The translations under genes were made by a program, and so were the position numbers. The notes beneath the pieces are model-generated. The model was not told the origin of the DNA and did not search any database. It saw only the letters and a list, made by a program, of their open reading frames with translations. Below, piece by piece: positions 1-9,021 of a stretch of DNA of 64,000 nt (within the stretch, counting starts at the first letter, position 1; every line of letters starts with the position of its first letter). The DNA is from Trueperaceae bacterium (GTDB lineage Bacteria; Deinococcota; Deinococci; Deinococcales; Trueperaceae). The stretch is from NCBI GenBank assembly GCA_965213705.1, contig OZ243913.1, positions 1,184,001-1,248,000 on the forward strand, read 5' to 3'.

Positions 1-115
1 GTCGTCGATAAGCTCGAAGCTTGCAATAAGTTCCAGGGTGGGTCGCCAATGCCAAGCGTTCACCTTTAGGTGGTGACGTTCGTCGGTAAGGTCAGTTAGG
101 TGAAAGCTCACTTTG

Positions 116-1153
116 TCACTCTTCCGGCAACCTAAAGTCCGGCGTTTCGCTGCCCGCTTCTTCCCGCTTTCCCCTAAACGAGGTGACTTCTCTAAACTCG
201 TCTTTGGTGTCTGCGTAAAGAACTCTCACCAACGGATTTCCGAGTTTTGCAGACCACTCGAGCCTCAAGCTGTTCAGCCCCGGCACCACATACGCGGCGA
301 CGTCCAGGTCGGTCGTGCCTGCAAAGTCCCCGACTTTTTGGTCGTTGATAAAAATAGCGATGGTATCGCCCCCCGTCACCACGCTGAGCAAGGTTTGTTT
401 GTCGACCGAGCCGTAACTGGGTTTTGGGTCCGCGCTGTCGGGCGTTGTGGACGACAGGTCGGGCAGGGTAAAACTCAGGGTCTTTGACGTTGCTTCTCCC
501 TCAGCGCCCAGAGCCGCATCAAAGGACAGCAGCTCACGGAACAAGTTAAGCTCTTCGGCGTAGTCGACGCTCAGCACGGCGCGCCCGACCGCGTCGCCCT
601 CGAGCCTCAACTCGTTCTCGCCGGGCTTGACCAATCGGCTCAGGTCATAATCGAAACCGCCGGTAAACTCGCCGACAAATTGGTCGTTTATGTAAACGGC
701 GAGCGGCTCCCCATTAATCTGCAAAATGTTGAGTAGAGTTTGCTCATCTCTGGAGCCGGGGCGCGGCATCTTTTCAGGCTCGAACATCCTAAAGCGTATT
801 GTCTTGCTGTTTGCTCTTTTTAACTCCGCGCTTTTGACGTCGATTTGTGCTATTTCGGCAAAAGCCCCCGCCTCGGCGGCGTGGGACAAGTGCGCCTCGT
901 AGAGCCTGCCCACGGGCGCGTCCCAGGACAGTTCAAAGGTGTTTTCGCCAGGGGTCAAGAGGTCGCTCACGTCCTGACGAACGTTGTCCTCGAAAGGTCC
1001 CAGTTTCTCACCGTTTAGGGTCACGTAGACCTCACCCCCTCTGGGGGCCATGTTGACGATAAGCAGCGTCTGTCCGTTGAAAGCAGCGTCGCCGGTCTGG
1101 GCGAGTGCCAGACCCACAAGGGCGAGCAAGAGGCAGAAAACGTGCTTGGGCAT
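116..1153 (-). CDS. Secreted protein with three tandem ~80-aa beta-rich repeats
   Basis: N-terminal signal peptide (MPKHVFCLLLALVGLALAQ); three repeats QTLL..[IL]N..[KF].G.F....D....PG.N...L; TAAACT 6 nt upstream of ATG (leaderless). Confidence 0.75.
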   Translation of the reverse strand: MPKHVFCLLLALVGLALAQTGDAAFNGQTLLIVNMAPRGGEVYVTLNGEKLGPFEDNVRQDVSDLLTPGENTFELSWDAPVGRLYEAHLSHAAEAGAFAEIAQIDVKSAELKRANSKTIRFRMFEPEKMPRPGSRDEQTLLNILQINGEPLAVYINDQFVGEFTGGFDYDLSRLVKPGENELRLEGDAVGRAVLSVDYAEELNLFRELLSFDAALGAEGEATSKTLSFTLPDLSSTTPDSADPKPSYGSVDKQTLLSVVTGGDTIAIFINDQKVGDFAGTTDLDVAAYVVPGLNSLRLEWSAKLGNPLVRVLYADTKDEFREVTSFRGKREEAGSETPDFRLPEE

Positions 1154-1200
1154 GGCGCGAGTTTAGCAAAAAAGTCGACAGCGAAGCTGACGCTCGGCTC

Positions 1201-1572
1201 TCAGGTGTCTACCTCAGCCGCGAGCCAGTTGAGATACGGCTGTTTGTCCCGTTCTCGCTTGGCTCGAGCGGCTTCGCCCTCTCCCAAGTCGGGGTGTTGC
1301 ATTTGCTCAGGATACTCGGCCCAGGCGAGAACGTCGCGGTAGTCCTCCTGAGCGGCGGCTAAATAGTGGCGCAGTTGCTCGAGGCTGCCGCCACTCAGTT
1401 TGAGCAGCCCGAGTCGGACGCGCTCGGGTTCACGCTGCCACGTCTCGTTGCCGTAGGCCTCGAGCAGAGCAAAAACCTGTGGCAACACCTCAACCGAAAA
1501 AAGCTGTTTTGCCTTTTTCTCGACGAGTGCCGTTAGTGCCCTAGTCCCACTCATTAAAAAGCACATCTCCAA
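1201..1572 (-). CDS. Hypothetical protein (possible immunity protein)
   Basis: 123 aa, ERVRLGLLKLSGGSLEQL...DYRDVLAWAEY; overlapping operon with neighbours. Confidence 0.6.
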   Translation of the reverse strand: MEMCFLMSGTRALTALVEKKAKQLFSVEVLPQVFALLEAYGNETWQREPERVRLGLLKLSGGSLEQLRHYLAAAQEDYRDVLAWAEYPEQMQHPDLGEGEAARAKRERDKQPYLNWLAAEVDT

Positions 1573-2020
1573 CTTTGTCGGGCGACCAGTGTCTGACGGT
1601 GCTGCGTTCTGTTTCGTCCAGCAAAGCCAGCACGTCGGCCTCAGCCGTCTTTATCAGGGTTTGGTTCAAGTAAGCTGCTGGCAGAGGGTGAAAGAACGCT
1701 TGGGCAAACGGCTCCGCCAACAGCGGCAGATCGAGAAACCGTTTGCTGAAGGGCGTCAACTCCCGAACAAACGCGAGCAAGGGCGTGTGGGCGTGGCGCA
1801 GCGCCCATACGCCTCCTTCGGGGCCAGCCAGGAGGGCGGCGTGATACGTGTCGTAGGTCAAGGTCTTGGCAGAGGTTTTACTCTCGCCGCGCCGCCAGAC
1901 CTCTTTGACCTCGAGGTCGCGTTCTCGGGCAGCTCCGTAGCAGGCAGCTTTGGAGACGCCGACCTCGACCCGCGTGTCGCCGTTCGTGACGCCCCTGGGC
2001 AGCCGAAAGAAGTCAATCAT
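1541..2020 (-). CDS. Hypothetical protein
   Basis: 159-aa ORF overlapping both neighbours, ends VLFNEWD. Confidence 0.6.
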   Translation of the reverse strand: MIDFFRLPRGVTNGDTRVEVGVSKAACYGAARERDLEVKEVWRRGESKTSAKTLTYDTYHAALLAGPEGGVWALRHAHTPLLAFVRELTPFSKRFLDLPLLAEPFAQAFFHPLPAAYLNQTLIKTAEADVLALLDETERSTVRHWSPDKVGDVLFNEWD

Positions 2021-2333
2021 GATCGAGGCGACGGGCGAGCTTCGCTAAACGCGTTTGGTAGGGCTCGGCAAGTTCGACTTCGGTCTCCGTCACCATGTAA
2101 AGGAGGTGATGGAGCGCCGCACCGGGCTCGTTATGCTGCACGTAGTCCGTCACGGTCGCTAAACCATCCTGCAAACCGGCCTGCGCCAAGGCGGTGCCGG
2201 GTTCGGGCTGCCCGCCAACTCGCCCAAACTCAAAGTTGACAAGCCCCTGAACATGGGCGGCCAAGCTGAGAAGTTCGTGCTCCACGTCGCTGGAATTCAT
2301 CTTGATATTTCCACCCTCTGAGGTAGTCTTCAA
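2013..2333 (-). CDS. MafI-like immunity protein (tentative)
   Basis: DYVQHNEPGAALHHLLYMVTETEVEL resembles the MafI-type 'HNExGxA..L' helical motif; start uncertain. Confidence 0.45.
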   Translation of the reverse strand: MKTTSEGGNIKMNSSDVEHELLSLAAHVQGLVNFEFGRVGGQPEPGTALAQAGLQDGLATVTDYVQHNEPGAALHHLLYMVTETEVELAEPYQTRLAKLARRLDHD

Positions 2334-2712
2334 AACTTATATCTTCATGTGCGTCGCCGCCAATCTCTCGGTAAGCGAACTCTTCGTCCGTCATCTGCTG
2401 CTCTGAGCGCACGTTGATGGTGTGACCCGTGTGCTCGGCCAGAAACTTTCAGAGCACTTTGTTCAGCCTTTCACGCCGCCACTGAGGCGTTGGCTCGTTG
2501 CCAGCGTGAAAGGCGTAGGGTCGACCCTTTTCACGCAGAGCTTTGCCCAGCCAAAGTAGTTGGCGGCAGTCGTGGCAAGTCAAGTAAGCGTAGATGCTCA
2601 TGGGGCTGTGGGGTTCTCAGTGCCTGGAGAACTGGTAAGACGATAGCAACAAGTTGCCCCGGTGCTCGGCAAGGTAGGCAGTGACGCCGTTGCTGTACGC
2701 TTTTGAAATGGG

Positions 2713-3235
2713 ATGAGTCGTACTCCCGTTAGGGAGGCCCTGAGGCGGCTTGAGGTCGAACAGCTTATTGAAAACGTTCCCCGGAGAGGTCTGATAATGC
2801 CTGAAGTGACCCTCGAGGATCTTACAGAACTATTTTCGATACGCGAATACTTGGAGGGGTTGAGTGCGCGTCAGGCGAGTCGACAAATGTCCGAACCCGA
2901 ACTGATGATGCTCGAGCACACCGTCGAGCAAACCGAACAAGCTATGAAAAGCGGTAACACAGCCGAATTAGCCGCTGCCAGCACCGCGTTTCACCAGCGC
3001 ATTCGGTTGGGTGCTCGCAATACACGCCTACCCAAGCTTCCCTCTTTTCTTTACGACGCACACCGCTCGACCGGGTTGCACGAACTTGACCCAATCCGGC
3101 AAAAACAAGCCGTCGAGGAGCACCGTGCTATTTTCGAGGCAATACAAGTGGGCGACGAAGACCTGTGCCGAGCGGCAGATGCGCAGGCACATTCAAGCGG
3201 CACTTCAAAATCAAGTAAAAGTGCGTTTCGTCTAA
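2713..3235 (+). pseudogene. GntR/FCD-family regulator, N-terminally truncated and frameshifted near 3165
   Basis: SRTPVREALRRL HTH helix, FH..I..GARN and EH.AI.EAI FCD motifs; C-terminus AERQMRRHI lies in another frame. Confidence 0.8.
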
Positions 3236-3915
3236 CGAGTGACCTTGTGTTTGTGAACGGTAGAATTTTTCTCCTGGTCACAGCTCGAAGAACTCTGTGC
3301 TAGCTGTAAGGGGTGACAAAATACTTGCCGTGTGCAGTGAGAGCGAACTCCGACCCTACTCGCCCAAAAACCTGAGGTTGTAGACCTCAAGGGTGGTTTC
3401 CTTATGCCTGGGCTCCACGACAACCAGGTGCATTTGACGCGTCACGTTTTCAAGCTTGGTCAGCTCAAGTTAGATGACGCGCAGACGCGGGACGAAGCTC
3501 TATCGCTCATTGCAAATGAGGTTTGCAACCTGCCTATTGGTGAGTGGCTGCTGGGTGCCGGATTTGCGACCGCTCGTTTATGAAAAGAAAAATATCGTCA
3601 CGACCTCGACAAGGTTGCGCCCCACCACCCTGTCGCCTTTGAGTCGCAGGATCACCATAGTGCCTGGGTCAACACGCTCGCTCTACGCGCGCTAGATATT
3701 TCAAACAACACGCCAGAGCCTGAACACGGGGTTATCCTCCGCGAGGCGGATGGGCATCCCAGCGGCCTGCTGCTCGAACGTGCCAGGTATATGGTGCGCG
3801 ACGGGCTCGGCGCACCTAGGGTTGAAAAAATAGTTGAGGCACTCGACCGCGCTGCACTCGATCTTGCGCGTCACGGTATTACGACTGCCCACCACATGGT
3901 TGCTGAACCTAACCA
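3236..3915 (+). pseudogene. YtcJ-like amidohydrolase (Amidohydro_3) remnant with several frameshifts
   Basis: Fragments across frames: DLVFVNGRIF, VVDLKGGFLMPGLHDNQVH, HHSAWVNTLAL, DGHPSGLLLE, ARHGITTAH; cut off by the Tn3 fragment. Confidence 0.8.
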
Positions 3916-4187
3916 CTACTGGCGACAACTCGGGCTGCGAGCTGTTTACTGAGGTAACCGCTGATGCGGGGGGACAGGTCATGAACATCACTCAGCAACC
4001 TTCCATAAAGCCGCACCGCACAGATTTGCACCGCGATGAACAGCCGGGCGTTTTGGCGATATCTACTTGCTTCAACCTTATCCGCTTCGGACAGTGTCCA
4101 GTCGCGCGCCATCTCCTCATCGGAGAAATCGCCGCGCACTTTTATCTTTTGGTAGCGGGGTCGCTTCAAGAATGTTTCTTGTGCCAT
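3909..4187 (-). pseudogene. tnpA: Tn3-family transposase N-terminal (DUF4158-like) fragment
   Basis: FSDEEMARDWTLSEAD...RLFIAVQICAVRLYGR; divergent from a resolvase; only 92 aa remain. Confidence 0.8.
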
Positions 4188-4358
4188 ATCTGCCTCCTAC
4201 GAGCGGGTAAAGAAAACCTTCGTTTTCTTGCCTTCCATTTACTTCAGCTCGAATCATCCCAAAACAGGCTTGAGAAGGGTAAGATAGCCAGTTAAAAAAT
4301 CTACGTTAAAGAATAGTGGTTTGCGGATGAGTTTCTTTACAGCACAAAGGAGAGTGAG

Positions 4359-4916
4359 ATGCTGATCGGCTACGCGCGCGTCTCAATGCAAGACCAGAAC
4401 CCAGACCTGCAGGAAGACGCGCTTTATAAGGCAGGGTGCAAAGAGGTTTATGTCGACAAAGTTACCGGCACCGCCGCGAGGCGGCCCGAACTAACGAAGG
4501 TAAAGGCCAGGCTGCGTGAAGGCGACACCCTCGTGGTCTGGCGGCTCGACCGCTCGGGTCGGTCGCTCAAAGACTTGATCAAGTGGGCAGCTTATTTAGA
4601 GAAAGAGGGGGTTGGCTTTAGGAGCTTGCAAGAATCCATCGACACCTCAACTCCTACCGGCACACTCGTGTTTCACATGTTCGCCGCCTTAGCCGAGTTC
4701 GAGCGCAACCTCATCATTGAACGCACGCAAGCCGGGCTGGCCGCGGCTAGAGCCAGGGGGCGTAGAGGTGGTAGGCGCAAAGCGCTTGATAAGAAGCAGC
4801 GGGCTAGGGCGGTCGAGCTGTACGAAAGCAAGGAGGTCTCAGTAAAGGAAATCTGTGAGCTGTTCTCGAGCTCCAAACCGACGCTGTACGGATACGTAAA
4901 AGAGGCTGGGGATTAG
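4359..4916 (+). CDS. tnpR: Serine resolvase/invertase
   Basis: IGYARVS..DQ, GDTLVVWRLDR.GRS, AEFER..I.ERT.AGL..ARARGR.GGR, C-terminal HTH; AAGGAG RBS. Confidence 0.93.
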   Translation: MLIGYARVSMQDQNPDLQEDALYKAGCKEVYVDKVTGTAARRPELTKVKARLREGDTLVVWRLDRSGRSLKDLIKWAAYLEKEGVGFRSLQESIDTSTPTGTLVFHMFAALAEFERNLIIERTQAGLAAARARGRRGGRRKALDKKQRARAVELYESKEVSVKEICELFSSSKPTLYGYVKEAGD

Positions 4917-4930
4917 TTGAGAGTCGCGTT

Positions 4931-5407
4931 TTACCCTGATTTAAGCTCTTCAGCTAAGCTGTCCCGGAAGCCTTTCCTGACCTTCTTGAGTAGATTAAGC
5001 AGTTGACGTTCCTCTTTGCTGCTCAGTCCTGTGTCCACCTGGTCGAAGTAGGCGTAGAGCCTCTTCGGAACTTCATCCTTGACGTTTGCACCGAGTTCGG
5101 TAGGGCGAATCAGAAATGCCCGCGCATCCTCAGGGCTTTGCTCACGCTCTAGCCAACCTTTTGCTTCTAACCGGCGAATCATACGCGAGACGTTGTGTTT
5201 ATCTTTTATCAGTAAACGCGTAATATCTTGTTGCGTTAAAACTTTTTCATTTCCCCAGACAATGCTCATGATCTGCCACTGCTCGGGCGTGAGACCGTAG
5301 TCCGCTAAAGCTCGAATGAGACCGTGACGGTAGAACGTGGCGACCCTATCCAGGTTGAACCCTAGGGCGTCATTCAGCGCTTCAGGAATTTTTTCTCTAG
5401 GCGTCAT
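4931..5407 (-). CDS. MarR-family transcriptional regulator
   Basis: GLTPEQW.I, DKHNVSRMIRRLEAKGWLERE.SPEDARA. Confidence 0.9.
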   Translation of the reverse strand: MTPREKIPEALNDALGFNLDRVATFYRHGLIRALADYGLTPEQWQIMSIVWGNEKVLTQQDITRLLIKDKHNVSRMIRRLEAKGWLEREQSPEDARAFLIRPTELGANVKDEVPKRLYAYFDQVDTGLSSKEERQLLNLLKKVRKGFRDSLAEELKSG

Positions 5408-5534
5408 GAGGAAAACCTTGTCTGAAGCTCGGTCCTGACATGGACGTGATTATAGGTCACCCGAGACTTGAGTAACTCGGGGAGAGGTACTTAAAGAAGC
5501 TAGCCTTGAAAGCCGATGCATTCCGAGTTTTGTA

Positions 5535-6033
5535 TTAGCGTGTCTTAGGCTCGTTCGCAAGGGATATAGCGGCGCAGAAAGCCGCTAAGAGGCTGAGGGA
5601 CACACGGAACCAGTGGATATTACTCCACGTTACCAAGTTCTCCTGCAACTGGTCGGCAGGCGGAGCTTGCCCAGCGAAGGTTGCATTCATGGGTAAAAAG
5701 TACACAACCGTTAATCCGAGCATCAACAAGAAGCTGGCTGCTGCAATTACGTTGAGTTGACGCTGTTTCGGCATGCGCCAGGTGATAACGAGGCCTTCCA
5801 AAGACGCAGGTTAAGGTGGGCAAAAGAATAGCTCCAAGCGTCTTGGGAATCAAAACGTTGAAGGGTCCGAACGCTGTGAAGAAGGCCTGAGGTGTCAGGT
5901 TTGTCCAATAGGGTACAAGCGTCAGCGCGACCATCAGCACGCAGCCCGCGAACATCGCTAGTCCGCAAACAGCAATTGCCTGAACGCTGACTCTCAGCGC
6001 CTGGGCAATTTCTCTTAAGGATAGTGTCTTCAC
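5535..6033 (-). pseudogene. DUF1772/anthrone-oxygenase-like membrane protein, frameshifted near 5805
   Basis: N-half GLAMFAG..VPYW in one frame; C-half YFLPMNA..W.NIHWFRV in another. Confidence 0.7.
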
Positions 6034-6500
6034 TGCGCCTCAACCGCCGAAATCCTAGCTCTACTGCGCCCTGAAAGCTTCATACCGTTATGGATGTTCA
6101 GACCCATAAGGCTGAGGTTGCTAGCTCCAGCTAAAAGCTCAATAACCTGGACAACGTAGAACTGTGGCCCAAAGTTGTCAGAAAGCGCTAAGTGACGTAG
6201 CCGCAGGGCTGTAGGCAGCAGTATGAACAGACCGGTGAGCGTTACAATAAGGCTGCGTCGCCATTCCCGCTTTAGCATTCGTCCGCTGCGCTTTAGAGCC
6301 ATCCTTTTACCGGATAATCCTGAAGCTGCGATAGTAGGAATTAGTAGGACTAAGCCTGGCAGAACGATGAGTCGTTTAACTCTCGTTATAGTCTCTAAAT
6401 TTCCGGAAACCTCGGTGAGAAGCGTTGCCGTAAAAAAGATGGCGATGAGCAGCGTGGCCAGTAAGCTGCTACCTCTATGTATCCACTTGAGCGTTGGCAT
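6030..6500 (-). CDS. Four-TM membrane protein
   Basis: Hydrophobic segments; first gene of the operon ending in marR. Confidence 0.75.
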   Translation of the reverse strand: MPTLKWIHRGSSLLATLLIAIFFTATLLTEVSGNLETITRVKRLIVLPGLVLLIPTIAASGLSGKRMALKRSGRMLKREWRRSLIVTLTGLFILLPTALRLRHLALSDNFGPQFYVVQVIELLAGASNLSLMGLNIHNGMKLSGRSRARISAVEAQ

Positions 6501-6517
6501 AATTTCTTACCTCATTC

Positions 6518-6543
6518 TATAAAGTTGTCATGACAATTTTATA
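6518..6543. promoter_or_regulatory. Palindromic operator (probably MarR)
   Basis: TATAAAGTTGTCATGACAATTTTATA, near-perfect 26-bp palindrome just upstream of the membrane protein-DUF1772-marR operon. Confidence 0.7.
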
Positions 6544-6881
6544 GGGGAACTATATACCTGTGTGACCTAGCTTTGGGAACGAAAGCGGAAATTCGTCCTT
6601 GTTAAGTTTTTAACAAATAGCGCACTTTGCAAGCTCTAAGCATACATTACGCACGAATACGCCCTTACCACTTGCAATACGCCGTAAGGCGTGCTTATAA
6701 TGGCTGCGTGGCAAAAGCGAACCCCCTACCAAAATCCGTTGGTAAGGGGGCGCTTGAAAGTCTCTAGCCGATTGGGTACTTGTGATGTGAGAGTCCCGGG
6801 TACCCATCGGGATAAAAGTTGATTCAGAGCCCATTTTACAATTTGTGGTGTCTTTGTGTCAACACGACGAAAGGACGCCTC

Positions 6882-7472
6882 ATGTTTAGAGGCAAAGTCG
6901 TTGTCAGGAATCTACCGCTAGACCTTGAGGGTCAAATAGAGGTAGAAGCCGAGACCAAGGAGCGCCTTGAGGACGCGACGGAAGCAGCTTTAAATGCTTT
7001 TGTGCGTATGAAGGCAAGGTACATTTCTCGAGGTACACATCGGGAACCCGAAACGCCCGAAACACCTCTTGAGGATGTAAGGAGACTAACCCCCCCGCAG
7101 ACACCACCAACTGCGGGGGGGGTGACCCCCCCGCAGGATGTTAAGGCTGGCGAACCTACCCGGTCTTTATCCTACGAAGGAGCGAAGACGATAGCCGATT
7201 TTGTTTACATAGCCTTAAAAGACCTTGGGGGTTTGTATGGCACAAATAAAGGGTACTCTAACAAGGAAATTCTCAACCACTTAGTCCTTACTGGCGGTGG
7301 CGAGGTAGTGCAAGGAACCAAGCGCCCTATCGGAGCGGTAGGTCAGGCAGTCCGAAACGATGACAGATTTGTTAGAGAAGAGGGTGACACTATGCTAACC
7401 GAGTGGATAGTTCAGCCTGAAACCTCTTCGGAACTCGTACATGTATCAGAGTCGTCAGGCTTTGAGTTTTGA
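6882..7472 (+). CDS. IS passenger protein with Pro-rich linker and C-terminal HARE-HTH-like winged helix
   Basis: TIADFVYIALKDLG...SNKEIL...KRPIGAVGQAVRNDDRFVRE...LTEW; AAGGA RBS before ATG 6882. Confidence 0.6.
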   Translation: MFRGKVVVRNLPLDLEGQIEVEAETKERLEDATEAALNAFVRMKARYISRGTHREPETPETPLEDVRRLTPPQTPPTAGGVTPPQDVKAGEPTRSLSYEGAKTIADFVYIALKDLGGLYGTNKGYSNKEILNHLVLTGGGEVVQGTKRPIGAVGQAVRNDDRFVREEGDTMLTEWIVQPETSSELVHVSESSGFEF

Positions 7473-7624
7473 GATGGTTTTTTGCGCCCGCTTTCTAACT
7501 TAGGCTCGTCAGGCCGCACGCGAAGGAATCGCTCTAGCGCCTCTTCAAAACTTAGGTCAAGCCCGAAGCTATCATCCTCTTCGGGCTTTTCCCTTTTGGG
7601 TGGTTTATGCTTCTTGCTCATCAA
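7412..7624 (-). CDS. Small ORF downstream of the IS1595 transposase
   Basis: LDLSFEEALERFLRVRPDE; overlaps the transposase stop. Confidence 0.5.
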   Translation of the reverse strand: MMSKKHKPPKREKPEEDDSFGLDLSFEEALERFLRVRPDEPKLESGRKKPSQNSKPDDSDTCTSSEEVSG

Positions 7625-8534
7625 TCAGTGCCTTATAGGTGAGTCTACCTTCTACCTGATGTAACAGATGGTTAAAGGCTACCCCATTCTTTTCTTCACG
7701 GAGGTTATACCGGAATGAGAACTCGTCTAAGTACCGCTCTAAGTGCTTCACGCTTACGAAGTGGTAGATACCGATTATACCCCGCTTGAGAAGCGCCCAA
7801 AAGCCTTCTATGCTGTTGGTATGTACGTCGCCGCGCACGTACTCGCCATTGGCGTGTGAGATGCTTTCGTGCTGGTACAGGTAAGCCAAGTTCAGGTAAG
7901 AACGAAACTCGTCAGTCAAGACTCTCGAGCCTATAGCTACATGGTCAAGGATGTGTTTCTCTATCTCTTTGGCTTTCAAGCTGTTGAGATTTACGACGCG
8001 CACGTTCCCCTTACGCTCTAACATTCCGAGTACAGGTGTCTTGGTTTTGGTGTTGCGCCCTTGCGTGCCGGGGGTGCGCTTGCTGGCGTGCTTGTTCTTC
8101 TCTTTGCCGCCTATGTACGTTTCGTCAACTTCCACAGTGTCTTTCAAAGGCGCTGCAAACGACTTAGTTTTAGCAGCGTAGCGAAGGCGGTGAAGCATGA
8201 ACCATCCGGTCTTTTGGGTTACGCCTATGTCCTTAGCCAGTTGCACGCTCGAGATACCTTTGGAGTGCTGTGTGATGAGGTAAATCGCCGCAAACCACTT
8301 GCGAAGGCTTATCTTGGAATCTTCAAAGATAGTGCCGACACGAATAGAGAACCGCTTTTTACAAGCGGCACACTTGAAGGTTTTGCCGTTTGAGAAGTGA
8401 TAAATCTTGTCGTGATTGCAGTAGGGGCAGAACTCACCTTCACGCCAGCGGATTGACTTCATGTGGTCAATACACGCCTGTTCGGTAGGGAACGTTTCAA
8501 AGAGTTCGTAAAGGCTTTTGAACTGCTTAATCAT
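7605..8534 (-). CDS. IS1595-family DDE transposase
   Basis: Zn ribbon CPYC..CAAC; GTIFEDSK; VEVDETYIGG; TDE..SY; HTNSIEGFWALLKR; YLDEF.FRYN. Confidence 0.96.
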   Translation of the reverse strand: MIKQFKSLYELFETFPTEQACIDHMKSIRWREGEFCPYCNHDKIYHFSNGKTFKCAACKKRFSIRVGTIFEDSKISLRKWFAAIYLITQHSKGISSVQLAKDIGVTQKTGWFMLHRLRYAAKTKSFAAPLKDTVEVDETYIGGKEKNKHASKRTPGTQGRNTKTKTPVLGMLERKGNVRVVNLNSLKAKEIEKHILDHVAIGSRVLTDEFRSYLNLAYLYQHESISHANGEYVRGDVHTNSIEGFWALLKRGIIGIYHFVSVKHLERYLDEFSFRYNLREEKNGVAFNHLLHQVEGRLTYKALIDEQEA

Positions 8535-8540
8535 GCTCTG

Positions 8541-8581
8541 AGTATAGCAGTTCTATATGATATTGTCAACCGTTTTCAAGT
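8541..8581 (-). promoter_or_regulatory. Sigma70 promoter of the transposase (leaderless) overlapping a 19-bp repeat
   Basis: TTGACA-17-TATACT, ATG 6 nt downstream. Confidence 0.75.
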
Positions 8582-8586
8582 AAGGA

Positions 8587-8778
8587 TTAGTTACGTTGGG
8601 AACGTGCTTTCTCTATGAGTAAGCGTATAAATTCCGAGCGATTTACCTCTTCTTTTTCGCACTCTTTATCAAGCCAGTCGGCTTGTTCTTCACTAAGCCT
8701 GATAGCTACTCTCGTATCGCCTACTTTGGGCCTACCTGCACCTTCGCGAGCGCCGCCGTGTGAGCTTCTATTATTCAT
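8587..8778 (-). CDS. Ribbon-helix-helix (CopG-like) protein with GGAR.GAGRPK N-terminus
   Basis: HGGAREGAGRPK, VAIRLSEE...NRSEFIRLLI; TTGACA-17-TACGCT promoter 6 nt upstream. Confidence 0.8.
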   Translation of the reverse strand: MNNRSSHGGAREGAGRPKVGDTRVAIRLSEEQADWLDKECEKEEVNRSEFIRLLIEKARSQRN

Positions 8779-8912
8779 AGCTAAAGCGTAGGTGATAAAC
8801 CTACGCTTGTCAACCGTTTTCAAGTTGCTTACGATTCTAAAGCCGGGTCACATAGGTATATAGTTCCCTTTCCAAAAACTGATCATTGCGCTTTTGCCAG
8901 CACTGAGTTGCT

Positions 8913-8952
8913 GCGAAACCGTAACTTTCTGTAAAGATGCGCCCGCTGGTCC
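8913..8952. repeat. Solo ~40-bp transposon terminal inverted repeat
   Basis: GCGAAACCGTAACTTTCTGTAAAGATGCGCCCGCTGGTCC; last 18 bp identical to 63912-63929, the end of a MITE. Confidence 0.7.
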
Positions 8953-9021
8953 ATTCTGAGTGATAATGTCCGAGGTGCGCCCCTTTCTATCAACCTCCGC
9001 TGGCGGCTCAAGGCCAAGCGC

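Larger units (their letters stand above)
6545..8868 (-). mobile_element. IS1595-family insertion sequence with passenger genes
   Basis: 23-bp terminal inverted repeats (22/23 match) GGGAACTATATACCT[G/A]TGTGACC at 6545-6567 and 8846-8868 enclosing the transposase; no TSD visible. Confidence 0.9.
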
